DNA of 63,128 nucleotides, filler included, from Octopus bimaculoides (lineage: Eukaryota): assembly GCF_001194135.2 (NCBI RefSeq). It is 6 parts of 5 records of this genome, joined end to end, with 100 filler letters (N's around TTAATTAATTAA, not from the genome) between each part and the next. Parts side by side here need not be neighbours in the genome. Positions count along the whole stretch, not along the records: positions 32,914 to 39,884 come from NW_026424050.1; positions 39,985 to 49,559 come from NC_068985.1; positions 49,660 to 61,465 come from NC_068991.1; 3 more parts are not named here. One strand, given 5' to 3'. The notes beneath the pieces are model-generated. The model was not told the DNA's origin. It did no database searches and saw nothing but the letters and a program-made list of their open reading frames with translations. Shown piece by piece: positions 39,090-53,100 of the stretch. Position 1 is the stretch's first letter. Every line of letters begins with the position of its first letter. A program made the translations under genes and the position numbers.

Positions 39090-39540
39090 CATGTTTCTAC
39101 AGCTGGATGCCCTTCCTAACGCCAACCACTCTGAGAGTGTAGTAGGTGGTTTTACGTGCCACCGACACGAGGGCCAGTTAGGCGGTATTGGCAACGATCT
39201 CACTTGAATGTCTTACTGGCAACGGCAACTCTCGAAATGGTGTGTTTTATTTGTCAACTGCACAGGAGCCAGTCCATCGGCACTGGCAACGATCTTGCTG
39301 GAATGTCTTTTCACGTGCCAGGGAGGCGATGTTGGTAACGATCAACAGCCACGCTCGAAATGGTGTATTTTATGTGTCACCTGCACAGGAGCCAGTCCAT
39401 CGGCACTGACAACGATCTCGCTCGAATGTCTTTTCACGTGCCAGTAAGGCGATGTTGGTAACGATCACGCTGGTGCTATTTACGTGCCACCAGCACGGAA
39501 GCCAGACAGCTGCTCCGGCAACGATCGCGCCCGGACAGTG
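39090..39540 (-). mobile_element. RTE-type LINE 3' UTR copy with internal tandem amplification
   Basis: tttctacagctggatgcccttcctaacgccaacc matches the other copies. The unit ctgcacaggagccagtccatcggcactg..aacgatct..gaatgtcttttcacgtgcc recurs at about 39259 and 39381. Confidence 0.7.
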
Positions 39541-39575
39541 CTATATCTATCTATCTATCTACATATTTATCTATC

Positions 39576-39610
<35 letters not shown>

Positions 39611-39615
<5 letters not shown>

Positions 39616-39884
39616 AGGAATGACGCGATACGAACAAGGGCAGGTGAATTCCTTCCTGGACCTCGCCAACACTTTGTACATGGAACAAATAGTACTCCAA
39701 CCAACCAGGGCAGGTAACATACTGGATCTCTGCTTCAAATATAATATGGATCTCATCCATAATGTGAAAGTGACACCGACGCTACTCTCGGATCACAACA
39801 TGGTAGAGCTGACCATGTACGGACCAAAGGAAACCATGGACACGCAGCCTACAAGAAACTCTCAGAATCTTTCCAATTTGAACT
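39611..39884 (+). mobile_element. LINE AP-endonuclease fragment
   Basis: FLDL....YMEQIVLQPTRAGNILDLCF....IHNVKVTPTLLSDHNMV, containing the APE C-terminal PTR/NILDL/SDH motifs. Bounded by (TA)n and a gap. Confidence 0.8.
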
Positions 39885-41141
39885 NNNNNNNNNNNNNNNN
39901 NNNNNNNNNNNNNNNNNNNNNNNNNNNNTTAATTAATTAANNNNNNNNNNNNNNNNNNNNNNNNNNNNNNNNNNNNNNNNNNNNATTTTTGAATAGAATT
40001 TATTTTCGATAATTTCAATTGATTTTAATCGATTTAAATTTCTTTTCTATTTGAAAATTAGTTATGAAACACGTGTAACCTTTTTATTATATTTATTTTA
40101 TATTTACTTTACTTTATATTAAACTCATTTATTGTGCTTTTAATTATTAATTTTTCTATATGTGATAGTGGATTTTCATCGATGAGTTCTTGAAAATTGG
40201 TTATTTTCCCTAAAACTATATTTCTCTCTCTCTCTCTATATATATATACACTTATAGGCCCGCACAAATGCGCGCACAAATGCACACCCTACTCGATACA
40301 ATTATACATGTTTATAGCAAGAAAGCCATAACTCGAAATACTAACACAAACACGAACAGGTCATAGAGAAGTCGAACCATCTCTCTTCGTGCAATATTAG
40401 AAATTTCGATCTTTCAAAGACTTTATATTCCAATACTATGCAATATTATCAAAAGAAATGCTGATATTCTTTTTTAAAATGTGCTGATAATCGTTATGAA
40501 TTTCAAACATTTACAATTGTAGATTAGCTCCATATAGATCCTCGGAATTTGATTCCAGATAAAAAATAAAAACAGACTCATATTTCAAAACATTTTTAAA
40601 TAGCACACATACAAGTTGTGTAAAAAAAAAAATCATTATATCTCACCTGCCCAATTGTGTTGACTGGTGATACTTCCATTTATATTATAGCATAAAAAAC
40701 TTTCACTTGTTTATTTTTTCTCTCTTATCATTTTTATTTATTTACATATTTATTTTCTCATTATATATAATACTTTACGTTTACTACGCGTGTAAGATTA
40801 TGTGCATAATAATATTCATGATCGCACATTACCCATGCACACACATACACACACATACACACACACACAAACAGATATACACACACACATATATATGTAT
40901 ATACATATTTACATAAATACATATATATGCACACATAATCAACACAAAGAGTAAGAGACACTGACATACACATATGCATATAGCATGTATTTTCCTTATA
41001 TATTCTTAAAGCACAATTTATTTCATTATAATGTATACTGTATATTGTATGACATTACAATTTCTAATAAGTTGGAGTATGTACATCCATACATACGTAT
41101 GTAGGTGCGTAGGTATCAATTTTTGCATATATGTGTGCGTG

Positions 41142-41172
<31 letters not shown>

Positions 41173-41914
41173 TCCGGTATATTTATCGATTTTTATTCAG
41201 TACCAATAAGATTCCTTTGGTAAATTGTATATATATATATATATATGTTATAGTTATAATTCAAAATGCGTAAATACGTAGCTATTTACTATTTACATGA
41301 CTAAATTTTTTTTTATTTCTCACCGGTTTCACACAATGTACTTTTTTCTTGTACTCAGAATAATTCATTCTTCTGTATGCTTTCTATCTTTTGTAGAGTT
41401 GGGGTTAACCTTCGTTCGCCTACCGAAAATTGACGGACTCTCTTATCGGAAGTGACGAAATTTAGTTGGTTTTACTTGAATAGTCTTATTTCTCTTCATT
41501 TAATACATAATCAAACAGATTGATACCTCGTTCTTATTGACTGACTATAGTACAAGGAAATCATTCATTATCTGCAGGTATATGCAAATTAATTCATAAA
41601 TATTTATAAACATTATTTTTAATGATATTTTCCCTCTATATGAAACAGTGTTTGCTACAAAATATGTAGATGAAAAAATATAATAGTATAAGAACGTACG
41701 CATCAAAAATATGCGATTAATATCCGTTGCAGGTGGAATATATGATTGATATTCATAAACAACACAGATACATCCATCAAATATGCCATGCTCCAGAAAC
41801 TGTTTGTGTTCCATTGTTACTATAATAAAGTAAATATATTGATATTTACATATAGGTACACATATATGCATACATACATGCATACTCATACAGTCATATA
41901 CACACACACACTCT

Positions 41915-41973
<59 letters not shown>

Positions 41974-43924
41974 ATCTATAGATATGCTTATATTTGTACG
42001 TGTGTGGTGCGTAGGCATACATGCGTTCTGTAAGAATGTCGTGTGTTTTGTCCTTATTTGATTTAATAATGGTCTGCTAAGCTAAAGTTCATTTCTCTCA
42101 GAAACACTCAACATTGTCTACATGCACAAAGCCGGGTCATGCTCCGTCTTTTTACTTCCTCTTCAAAAGCAGTCTATTGATTGACAAATCCTTTCTAGTT
42201 AGTATATAGCTTCTTTGTAGAAGGAAAATTCCACTACAACTTTCAACAGGATTAATGCATTTATATAGTATATATTGATGTCAAATACATTGATAGGCTG
42301 TATTAGAATGCCTTCTTTCCATGTTTTAATACTTCTGACAAATATTTTTGACAGCGCATCAAATCATTTTGATTATGGTCAGCAAACCTAAATGTGATAT
42401 TATGAACGGAATAATCATTCTTAACTAAACCAAGAATGTTGCGTCCTGAGATGCGTGTATTATTTGGATTTCGTTTTAGTTTTCGTATTTTATCATTTAT
42501 AACTTTCAAACTCGGCATTCTTGATTATAAAACATTTCTTCATTTCCATTTGTATACGTAAAAGCTTTCCGTGTTATCTTAAAACTTTCGTAACATTTCA
42601 TGTTTGTGTGATGGCCTCAAATAAGTAATTTCTATTCTACAATGTATGTAGTCTCGATTTTCGAAAATCACGCATCCGTTGATGTGTATCCTAAAAATAT
42701 TAAAATCTCTCGAATAAACTCATCTGATAAAACATAGTAACTGTAACTGTAGATAGCTACTTAGAAATATTGTACCTATGGGTGCATATCACTCCAGCAT
42801 GGACTTGCCCAATTAAGTACAATAACATTGTTAAAGTGTTTTCAGTAATATACGAACTTCACTCACTACATCTAAAGTGCGTTTAATGACGTTGGTGTTT
42901 CGCCAGCGCTGGTGAAAATATTGGCGTGTGGAATCATAAAGTTCATGACTCAGACTACTTACATAACCCACTATATAACACTGTATTTGATAGCATATCA
43001 GGCAGTCAGCTATTTGGCTACAAATGTCTCATAATTCGCTATTGTACAACGTACTTCTAAGATATTGCCCGGTTAACAATTATATCACATGGCAGAACAT
43101 CAAATCTCTAGCGCGGCTAACGACTCGGATACACCAAACTTCATATGACTGTATCACACGAAGGTTTAAGTATTTAATCCTTGCTGTCGCAATACGCTGC
43201 AACTCAACCATGTGGGCAAAGCAATCCTTGTTGAAACCAAATCGCATCCTGTTTAGTTACTCCCGTATAAAGACTGCAGCCACTGAGGGTCCTTATTTCA
43301 CTGAACGATGAGTGACAAATTAACTCGCGACAAAATCATGCAATACACAGTGCAGTACACAATAGTTATGTAGACACATGAAACATGCCTCGCTTCATGC
43401 TCTCTTTGCCTCTTTCTCAAAACTGTGTTTAATTATTTGTGAAATGTAGGACAGCATTTAATATATCTTCCTCTGTTCCGTTTCATAACATAGCAGAACT
43501 GTTCATCTTTCATAACATAAATGGAAAATCAATGTTCATATCGTTAATAGATGCCTTCTGTTCAAACTATCTCCTGTATTCTGATGTAATTCGAGCAACC
43601 AGTTTATGTAACTGCATACAATCTAATCTCACCAGAAAATAGTTTTTTTCAATCAGACATAACAAGCGCTTCCTGTTACAATATGTTTGCATCACGAAGA
43701 AAACAATTTCAAATTTTCGCGGTATGTAGAATAAGGGCCTAACCGCATAAACCACACAAATGCCATTTCACTACATATAGGGACCATAATATCATTTCGA
43801 AACTATATTCCACTATACTAATAATTACTTCACGAAAGAGAACTGTAGGATATCCGAATCAAACTGACAATAATCGTCGTAGTAACATATTGAACTTGCT
43901 GTCAAATATTTATTCATAAACACA

Positions 43925-44090
43925 CTTGGCGTGTGGCCTAGTTGTTAGGGGGTTGTACTCAAGATGGTAAGATCGATGTTTCGAATCGCTGACTGGGCGC
44001 TATATTGTGTTCTTGAGCAAAATGTTTCATTTCCTATTGCTCCAGGTCACTCAACTGTAAACGAGGGAAACCGGTCAGTTCAGATGATAT
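43925..44090 (+). mobile_element. CORE-like SINE fragment (family D)
   Basis: ggcgtgtggcctagttgttaggg...ttcttgagcaaaatgtttcatttc..ttgctccaggtcactcaactgtaaa. Confidence 0.65.
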
Positions 44091-45780
44091 ATATTGATTC
44101 TGATCACATATACGGCATAGACATCGCGTAACCGGCCCCATGATTCTTGGAGTTGAGGTGGTAATGAATAGGCAAATCCTCCCTTCAGTAGAGGTGGTAA
44201 TGTATCCTTTTGTATTTTATTCTTAACAGAAAAATGCTTTCTAATGTTCAGAACTAGAATTGAGCCTAAATCTGAGCCAAGCCGCATCTCATATATCTGT
44301 CATGTTTTCAAACCTCATTTTAAACTTGTCAAATGATGTAGAAATTTTCGAGTCTGCAATAAATATATTTGGAAAACCACGTAATTCTCTGTACCTATCA
44401 GTTAACCTGTCTCTACACCCTTTTCTAATGCATACAGATATCAAAATTCTTAAATAGATATAAAAAATGTGTTTTTACTGACGTTTTCCTATTTCACATA
44501 TTTACATGCCGACATTAAAACATATTGAAGTGAAATGATATATATTGTAAACGGAGGTGTATGTGATCATAAAAGTTACTTTGAAAATACATTATGGCAT
44601 GTGTTACAATCATAGTGAATTCTACTCGACGTTAGAATAATAGCCAATATCTGTAAGAACAACACGAGATATTATCTTAAAGAAAAATAGTTTCCTCTAC
44701 AGTATAACATTTACATTCATCGATTTAATAGTAATCAAAAGTCAACTGAAAGGTAGACGATGAGATCAAGTTTATTGAAAGTATGAAAATATACTATGTT
44801 GTGTGGTATGTAAAAGTCATTAGCTTGGGATATCAGAAAGATAATATATTCCATCTCCTGTGAATATTATGACGTTTCCGTTGAAATGAATAGCCAAAAA
44901 TTAGCTAGACAGATACTGAACAAAGCTAGCGTTAATGTTAACTTTGGGTTATTTATGTATTTTTATTTTATATATTCATATAGCAGTGAAGAGTAGTTGA
45001 AACAAAATAACTGACAAGAGTGTTTCTACGAACTAAATACAAATTCGTTCTCCCGTGTGTAATATTGTGTGTTAAGAGACTTGGATCAAACAAGATTATC
45101 TAAGCAATTACAGCCTAAAATGCCCTCTACCGTTGCTTATTATCAAAATAAATAAATAAATAAGTAAATAAACAAGGAAGAAACATAAAACTAATATTGG
45201 TGATAATCAGCATCGCAACGTTACTACATATATTTTGATGTGTATCTGTTGATCAATCTTATCGTAACAGATTACAGCATCAAATATAACCGAGATATAG
45301 TACTTGACGTTACCATGTGATTAATGACCACATCACAACGTATCTGCTTTGCTTATATCATTTAAACTAAAATGCGAGGAACCGATCTTCTGGAACTTAT
45401 ATCCTTTCCTTTTTTTTATTTTATTTGTCAGAAAAAGCTACACTTTTCGATTTTTTAGCTACGAAATGGTGGTAATTTTCACGCAATGTATCGTGCGATA
45501 TATGTGTCAAACCAACATAGAAATTCGTAGAAATTTGAAAAACAACAAAAACTCTACTTTTCAAAATAGTGTGTTTTTTTTTTAATATTTACATTTACTG
45601 CAATTTTCAAGGGAGAGAAAAGTCAATTGCATCAGTCGCACAACCGCAATATGGCGTTGGATTACTCTGTTTGTACACATATGTCTGCGTATATGNNNNN
45701 NNNNNNNNNNNNNNNNNNNNNNNNNNNNNNNNNNNNNNNNNNNNNNNNNNNNNNNNNNNNNNNNNNNNNNNNNNNNNNNN

Positions 45781-45817
<37 letters not shown>

Positions 45818-48061
45818 TACATACATATATATATATATATATATATGCATGTATATATACATGTATATATGTGTGTGTTTGTGCAGTGTCTGTGGTCGCG
45901 TTTGTATGCGTGTGTATTCATACAGCTATGTATGTCACATAGTGATACATATTACCATTAATTAATTGTAAATAAAACACTATTTATGTTACAGGCTTTC
46001 TTACTCTTCTCCCTTTCTTGCAAGGTGTATAATGCTGTAGTACATTCGAGAACAGTAGCACCTATTTCAAAGAAAGCGATTGATTTATTTTAATTACGCC
46101 TTTTAAGTTACAATAGAGATGCTCTATAAAGATCACTTTGAGGTTAGAAGCATTCTGCTATAACCTGGTTCCATGACATTTGTATAATAAGTTACTTCAT
46201 ATAATAGAAGTATTATGAAGTTCAAAAGCAAACAAAGAGAACAAAGTCAAATATCCACGAGCAAATCTCTTCTCTTCATGATCGTCACCTTTTAAGTTCA
46301 TAGTCTTTTTCTATATCATATTTTCCCTCTATATCTTCCTCAACTCAAGCCTGCTTATACTGCCCGTGTTTATAACAGCCACTTTATCAATATTTGATAA
46401 TATTTATCAACATCATTATTCCCTACGTGAATGTCAATATTCCTCGATATCGTTGTTTTCATCACTAAATCTCCCCCTCCTCCTCTCTTTCTCCTTTCAT
46501 CATCTACATCGTTGTGCCTGCCAGAGGTAGAATTACTGAAAATCGTTTTCACATTTCAAATGATGTTGTCTAGAGTAATTTTCACGTGAACACATCAAAG
46601 CGGCGTTCTTTCTATATGAATGGCAGCTGTTTCCCAGCTTCTCTTTCAATAACTACATTCTAGTTTCCGGATATCTTTCGAACAATTTATTTGCATATAT
46701 TTTCAGTATACCACTGAATAATCGAATGGAAACTGGTTATATTTAAACTGTGTCCCACCCTTTATCACATGATATTTATTGCGCAAACAGATAACTAAAA
46801 CAGGCAATAAATATTTCAAAACAGTGGGGAATAGAACTAAAAGTTTTCAGAAAGCAGAACACGATGATAAACTGTTCTTCCACTTATTTTGAAGACAATA
46901 ATTAAATCTACATAAACGCTTGCTGATTCAACAACCATCTAAATATTCAGGTAGGCAAAAGGTTTCTACATTTTTATTATTCTTTAATGCCCTGGCCATC
47001 TTTTAGTGTCAGCCAATCTCTCTTTTTGTTTATTTTCTCCGGAATAATTCTCAATGCAAGAAAAATATACTATCTTGATTCCAGATCTATATCTTTTGCC
47101 GGACATAATTGCCTATGTAAAATAACAGCAATTTCGTACAGGCATAACGTGACAAGTATTTTATGCTGCAATATAAGAAAATCAATACGAGATTATTTTA
47201 TAAAGTGATCTAGATATTATTTAAACTTACTGGCCCTCAAGTTAGTATTAAAAATAATGAACCGAATTTGAGTTTTCTACAATCTATTCTAATATATTTC
47301 TGACAATTTGATTTGTTTTTCACATGTAAGTATAAATCAACAATATTTTACGAAATATATTTCATTTTTACAACATACAGGTATATAATGCATACGCAAT
47401 TATTTACAACGCATGTAAAGTTTGTATTTCGGTCTGATTGTTGTTCCAAACCAAATTAGTTCGATGTCAGAACAACGACGAGAAAAGTTGTTCCAATAAT
47501 GAAAGTGACCATCATTTCTGCAAGATTTACAACTCCCTGGTTTCGGACAATCATAAAATATGATTCAGATTGCGGCTAACAACTCATGCATAGAGTCTCT
47601 ATCAAGAATATAAAGAATCAGATTGACAAGCTACCAATTCCGACGAGATTCGATTACCAATAAGTGCACACATCCATAGATATGTGTTAATTTGTGTGTG
47701 GTCGTGCATCAAATTTGGCAAACAACGGAAGAATGTAACTGGAAAATAATGCAGAGTGAGGGTCATAATTTCTGCTGACCCTGATGTCAACATATTTCAA
47801 AGGCAACAGTGTAAAACAACACGTAATCGCTATAATACAATATCTATATGTATTATATATCACACACCTCCGGTAAAAGTAAAAGGGAACAAGTTGGTAA
47901 GCACATTGTGTATTTGATTGGAATAAAACATAAAACGTACGGGATATGAATCGGAAGGTTTGAAGATAAGAAATTGTTGGTGTCATCGTGGGAGGTAAAA
48001 TTACCAACAAAATGCATATGCATGAGATATTATATATATATATTATCTCTTGATCTTGCCA

Positions 48062-48265
48062 TGATTGACCGCTAGCTACTAAATCTGTCTTTTTTATTCT
48101 CTCTCAGTTTATTCTCTCGTGTTCCTTTCAGTTGAAGAGCGTAGGCTCGAAACGTAAAAGAAATTTTCTCACCATCCCGAGCATTAAACTAATACGCCTG
48201 TTTGTTGTTTTCACACCTGTCTTCGTCATATGTTTTTTTGTAAATTGCAACTATTATTTAAAAGA
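48062..48265 (+). mobile_element. Solo PLE terminal-repeat-like segment with a decayed minimal hammerhead-like motif
   Basis: Shares cccgagc.ttaaactaatac...cacctgtcttcgtc...tttttt.gtaaa with 38128-38222 at the edge of the PLE fragment. Contains cttt-CAGTTGA-a-gagc-gtag-gctc-GAAA-cgt-a-aaag. Confidence 0.55.
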
Positions 48266-48379
48266 AAGTTGGTCGTCTTCTGTTGGTTGTTTTTTCCTCG
48301 CATTAGGTACTAAATGTGGTTATTTTGAGAAGTCCACTGTGTGGCGTTATTATTTTCTGTAATAATGCCCTTTATATAA

Positions 48380-48417
<38 letters not shown>

Positions 48418-48945
48418 NNNNNNNNNNNNNNNNNNNNNNNNNNNNNNNNNNNNNNNNNNNNNNNNNNNNNNNNNNNNNNNNNNNNNNNNNNNNNNNNNNN
48501 NNNNNNNNNNNNNNNNNNNNNNNNNNNNNNNNNNNNNNNNNNNNNNNNNNNNNNNNNNNNNNNNNNNNNNNNNNNNNNNNNNNNNNNNNNNNNNNNNNNN
48601 NNNNNNNNNNNNNNNNNNNNNNNNNNNNNNNNNNNNNNNNNNNNNNNNNNNNNNNNNNNNNNNNNNNNNNNNNNNNNNNNNNNNNNNNNNNNNNNNNNNN
48701 NNNNNNNNNNNNNNNNNNNNNNNNNNNNNNNNNNNNNNNNNNNNNNNNNNNNNNNNNNNNNNNNNNNNNNNNNNNNNNNNNNNNNNNNNNNNNNNNNNNN
48801 NNNNNNNNNNNNNNNNNNNNNNNNNNNNNNNNNNNNNNNNNNNNNNNNNNNNNNNNNNNNNNNNNNNNNNNNNNNNNNNNNNNNNNNNNNNNNNNNNNNN
48901 NNNNNNNNNNNNNNNNNNNNNNNNNNNNNNNNNNNNNNNNNNNNN

Positions 48946-48980
<35 letters not shown>

Positions 48981-49498
48981 CTTTTTTACTTTATGATATA
49001 TATATGCACACATACACAAACATATATATGCATTCATACACATATTTATATGTATGCCTATTATGGATGGATAGATGGAAGGATGTGTGGAGGATAGATG
49101 CATGCACGGATATGCGTGTGCATATAATTAATGTTTATAGTTGGCCCTCCCACCACGGGGACTCTGAGACGAAATGTAAGAAAATCAAACGCTATATAAT
49201 TATAGACGTGAGATGGTTGTTGCAGTGTATATGTTGTTGATGCTAAGCAAAGATCATTAAGAAATATATAATTAAGTATGGGCACATACTTTAATGCAAC
49301 TTATTTATGAATTGACCAAAGGAGAACAAGCAACGCCTTGTATTTTGCTCATTATGTAGTTGATTAATGTGAAAAGCCCGATATTTTTCTCTTAGATCAA
49401 AGTGCTGACCCTAATGTTTGCAATATACAGTAGTTGCTAAATTAACTGCAAAACAAACCGAATGTTTGGACACATTAATGAATACATACATACATGCA

Positions 49499-49532
<34 letters not shown>

Positions 49533-49659
49533 CATACATACCTATATATATATATATATNNNNNNNNNNNNNNNNNNNNNNNNNNNNNNNNNNNNNNNNN
49601 NNNTTAATTAATTAANNNNNNNNNNNNNNNNNNNNNNNNNNNNNNNNNNNNNNNNNNNN

Positions 49660-49691
<32 letters not shown>

Positions 49692-51318
49692 ACACACACA
49701 CACACACGCACATACACACACACATATGGAATCAGACCTAAGTAATGATATTTTGAATGCAACTAATACGTGCGTTTCCGATAGTTGTGCAGTAGATTAA
49801 AAGAGAATTTCATCGCTTCCGTGAAATCTTCTTCAGTTAAGATAAGTTATATGACTCTCTATTCTATACGAGCTAACCACTCCTATATTCGATTCACACG
49901 GATACTGTAACTAGGATTTGGAGTGGTTCGTTCTATTCGACTCGGAAATAGTGTTAACGTGCACTGCAACGAAGCAAAACACGAAGTATGCTTGTATACA
50001 TACAGACATTGCTGGGGCGTTTGTCAAAGGATTCGCTTTCATTTTTCAACAGGAAATTGAGTACACATTTTGGTTGCAATTATATGATCCCTGCACAGCC
50101 GAACTCAATCATTCTTCAAGTACTCGAATGGTAGTAGAAAGGAACAATTCGTTTACACATGTGCTTCTACACGCATGCTCCTCATTTAAATAATACGTAC
50201 AAACCTATATATGCGTATTTGCATACATGCTCATACACGTGCGCACACGCATACAAGCTTTATATTGTTTTAGATTGATTTATCATATGTGCCGATAATG
50301 GTTTGATTCTGCTACCTCGCACAAACGCTATAAAGATCTAGGGAAATCGACGAGTCTGGTGATGTACTGGATTAATGAAAAAAAAAAAAATAGCGTGCGA
50401 AAGGCTTGCCATATATTCGAATGTGATTCAGGTTTTCTCATTAAACAATTAATTCATTAATAGGTTTAAATAAACAGGAAATAAAGAGGAAAGCGAAAAG
50501 AATGAAAACAACAATGTTCTGTTGGGGAACGAAAACGAATCCATTGGCTAACGCCCCAACACTTGGCGATAACACAAGTGTAATTCCGTTCTTATGAGCC
50601 AAGCTGCTGTTTATAAAGATAGAAATAGCGTGGAATTTATTACGTGATTGTAATTAATAATATATCTAATTAGTCTGGAGATTATTAATATCATCAACAA
50701 TAAATAATGTTTTATTTTGTCTGAATATTCTGGCTTGATAGTGTAAGTTTCGAACGAGTTGCGCAGTTTTGGACCTTCTAAAGATCTCATTAAATTTGTT
50801 TAAACTCTGTCAAGAGCTTAAAGGTTCTGTGTGCATCCTTTGAATTTTATTAAAGAAAACGGTATATTTTTATATGTGGAAAGATGTAGGTAATATATGT
50901 AATTTTTTTTATACGAATACATTCGGCTGTTTAGTAGTAGCAATAGCAGTGGTATGGAGGCATGCGCTGTAACAGCGCATCGCTGTATCCACCATTTCTT
51001 TTGATTCCGTACTCCTGGCGAATGCTACCTTTGCACTACTCAGGCCAGAACCCTCCAACTCATGGGTCTGTTTTGGGTTGTCGTTGCTGGTGAGAATTTT
51101 ATGAGATCGGAGTGTAAATCCTCCCTAAACCTGTTTTAGACACCTTTTGGGTCTACATCTTGGAATGCCGATGCTCACACAACACGGGAGGAATGTGAAC
51201 TGAAATGTTTTACTCAAGAGCAATACGCCATCCGGTCCAGGAATCGAACCAGCCATCTGGCGTTTGTTAGTGCAACACCCTAACGTGCCGTGGCATGAAG
51301 GCTGTTTCGTAATGTTTA

Positions 51319-51423
51319 ATATAGATGTTTTCGATCTAGTTTGGATTCTTTGCCATCAAATTTGAATTCTTTGCCATCAAATTTGATGGCAAAGAATTCA
51401 AACTAGATCGGAAACATCTATAT
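51319..51423. repeat. Foldback palindrome (~105 bp) containing a perfect 42-bp spacerless palindrome
   Basis: tttgaattctttgccatcaaa|tttgatggcaaagaattcaaa (51361-51402), with outer arms atagatgtttt/ccgatctag. Confidence 0.9.
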
Positions 51424-52224
51424 ATAATTTTTCATGTATTAAATTATATTTTTAAAAATATTTTCTACTGAAATATATACAGAGTTTATAAACCAATAAT
51501 TGAGTTCAAAATCTGCCAAGGTGCAATTTATTTTTAATATTTTAAAACTGAAGGAATGCATATCGAATAAAAATTGGGGTTCCATAAATCACTCAAGCTG
51601 CATGGTATTCGTCCAAAGACAGCAACGTACACACACACACACACACACAAACACACATACATGTATAATTCAATATACACAATTATAAAAGAGCTACTAA
51701 AAGTTTCATGCTTTAAGAGACATTAAATTGGCAGGTTTATAAAACACGCATCTCCGAGTAATCTTTCAGGCTTAGTTCATAACTTTAGATGTATTTAAAC
51801 ACGACAAGCTTCACACAGTTTTTGTCTACTAAATACACTAACAAGGAATTGGTCGGCGAGGGTCTTAAGTAGCAGATACTTGCCCAGGGTGCCGCGTAGA
51901 ACGACGGAACCCGAAACCAGGTGGCTGAAAAGCGAGCTTCAACCCCGCTCTCTCTCTAACATACGCACGCACACGTACGTATTTGTTATATCCTGTTACA
52001 ATATTTAAATATGCGTATCTATGATTGCTCATTTCTGCATGCACATGTGTGGTCCTGGTTGCGTATCTTTGTCTCTTTAATGCATCCACCTCCGCATTTA
52101 TCTTTCTTCAGACACATATTTCCGAACGTGTAAAATGTCTGTAATGAAGCACAACATGTGTACGTATTTCGAAAGCTTTTGTCAGAACGTATATGTTTGT
52201 GCATCTGTGATATACGTCAGTGTG

Positions 52225-52299
<75 letters not shown>

Positions 52300-52809
52300 A
52301 GATATTTACAAGGCCGATTAACTGACAACCGTCTCCTTTCGTTTGCGTTGTATGTCATATGTTTCGACTCTGCTTCTAAAAGTGTAACCGCATCTGTTCG
52401 GCTTCCTTTCACCTGTCATCTTTTGATGTGGTGTATTTTAATATTAGTTTGAGCAGAACAAATACACTGTCTGTATATTGCTTTCAATATCATTAATACA
52501 AAGACATGAATATAACAAATCCTTGCTTACACTCGATTCCTATTTTAAGCATCGAATCCATCCTTGTGCACAGAAACAAACATACCGTTATATCTGTTTC
52601 TGTATCTTGTTATGTCTGTCTGCTTTTTCAGCTGCTAATAGGGCTATTTTCGCGTGATGTTCGTGACAGTCAGAGACACAAATAATGAAATGTCTAATTT
52701 GTAAATCTTGAACATTTACAAGAATTGTAGTGCTTCGTTTTTCACAGTGAAGTTTGACGATTCAGGTAAGCATTAAAAAAACAAATTACCTGTAATGTAT
52801 CTTTTTCCT

Positions 52810-53100
52810 TTTATCGTTTATTTGTTTCAGCCATTTGACTGCGGCCATGCTGGGGGTGTCGCCTTGAAGAGTTTTTAGTCGTTAAATCGACACCAGTACC
52901 TGATGTTTGTAAAGCCTGGCATTTATTCTATCGATTCCTTTGGCCAAACCGTTAAGTTACGAGTACGTAAATGCATTAACACAAGCTGTCAAGTGGTAGA
53001 GGGACGTCTGAGGCTACAGTAGAAGACAATTGGCCAAGGTGACAGGTAGTGGGACTGAAGCCGAAGCCATGTGATTGGGAAATAAACTTCTTACCACATT
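52810..53100 (-). mobile_element. SINE family A copy
   Basis: tttcagccatttgactgcggccatgctggg...ccgttaagttacgag...gtgggactgaagccgaagccatgtg. Confidence 0.75.

Noticed and set aside
46160-46190. Minus-strand YKCHG resembling Wnt CKCHG
   Set aside because: A stop follows within four codons, there is no other Wnt motif, and it is on the wrong side of the identified exon.
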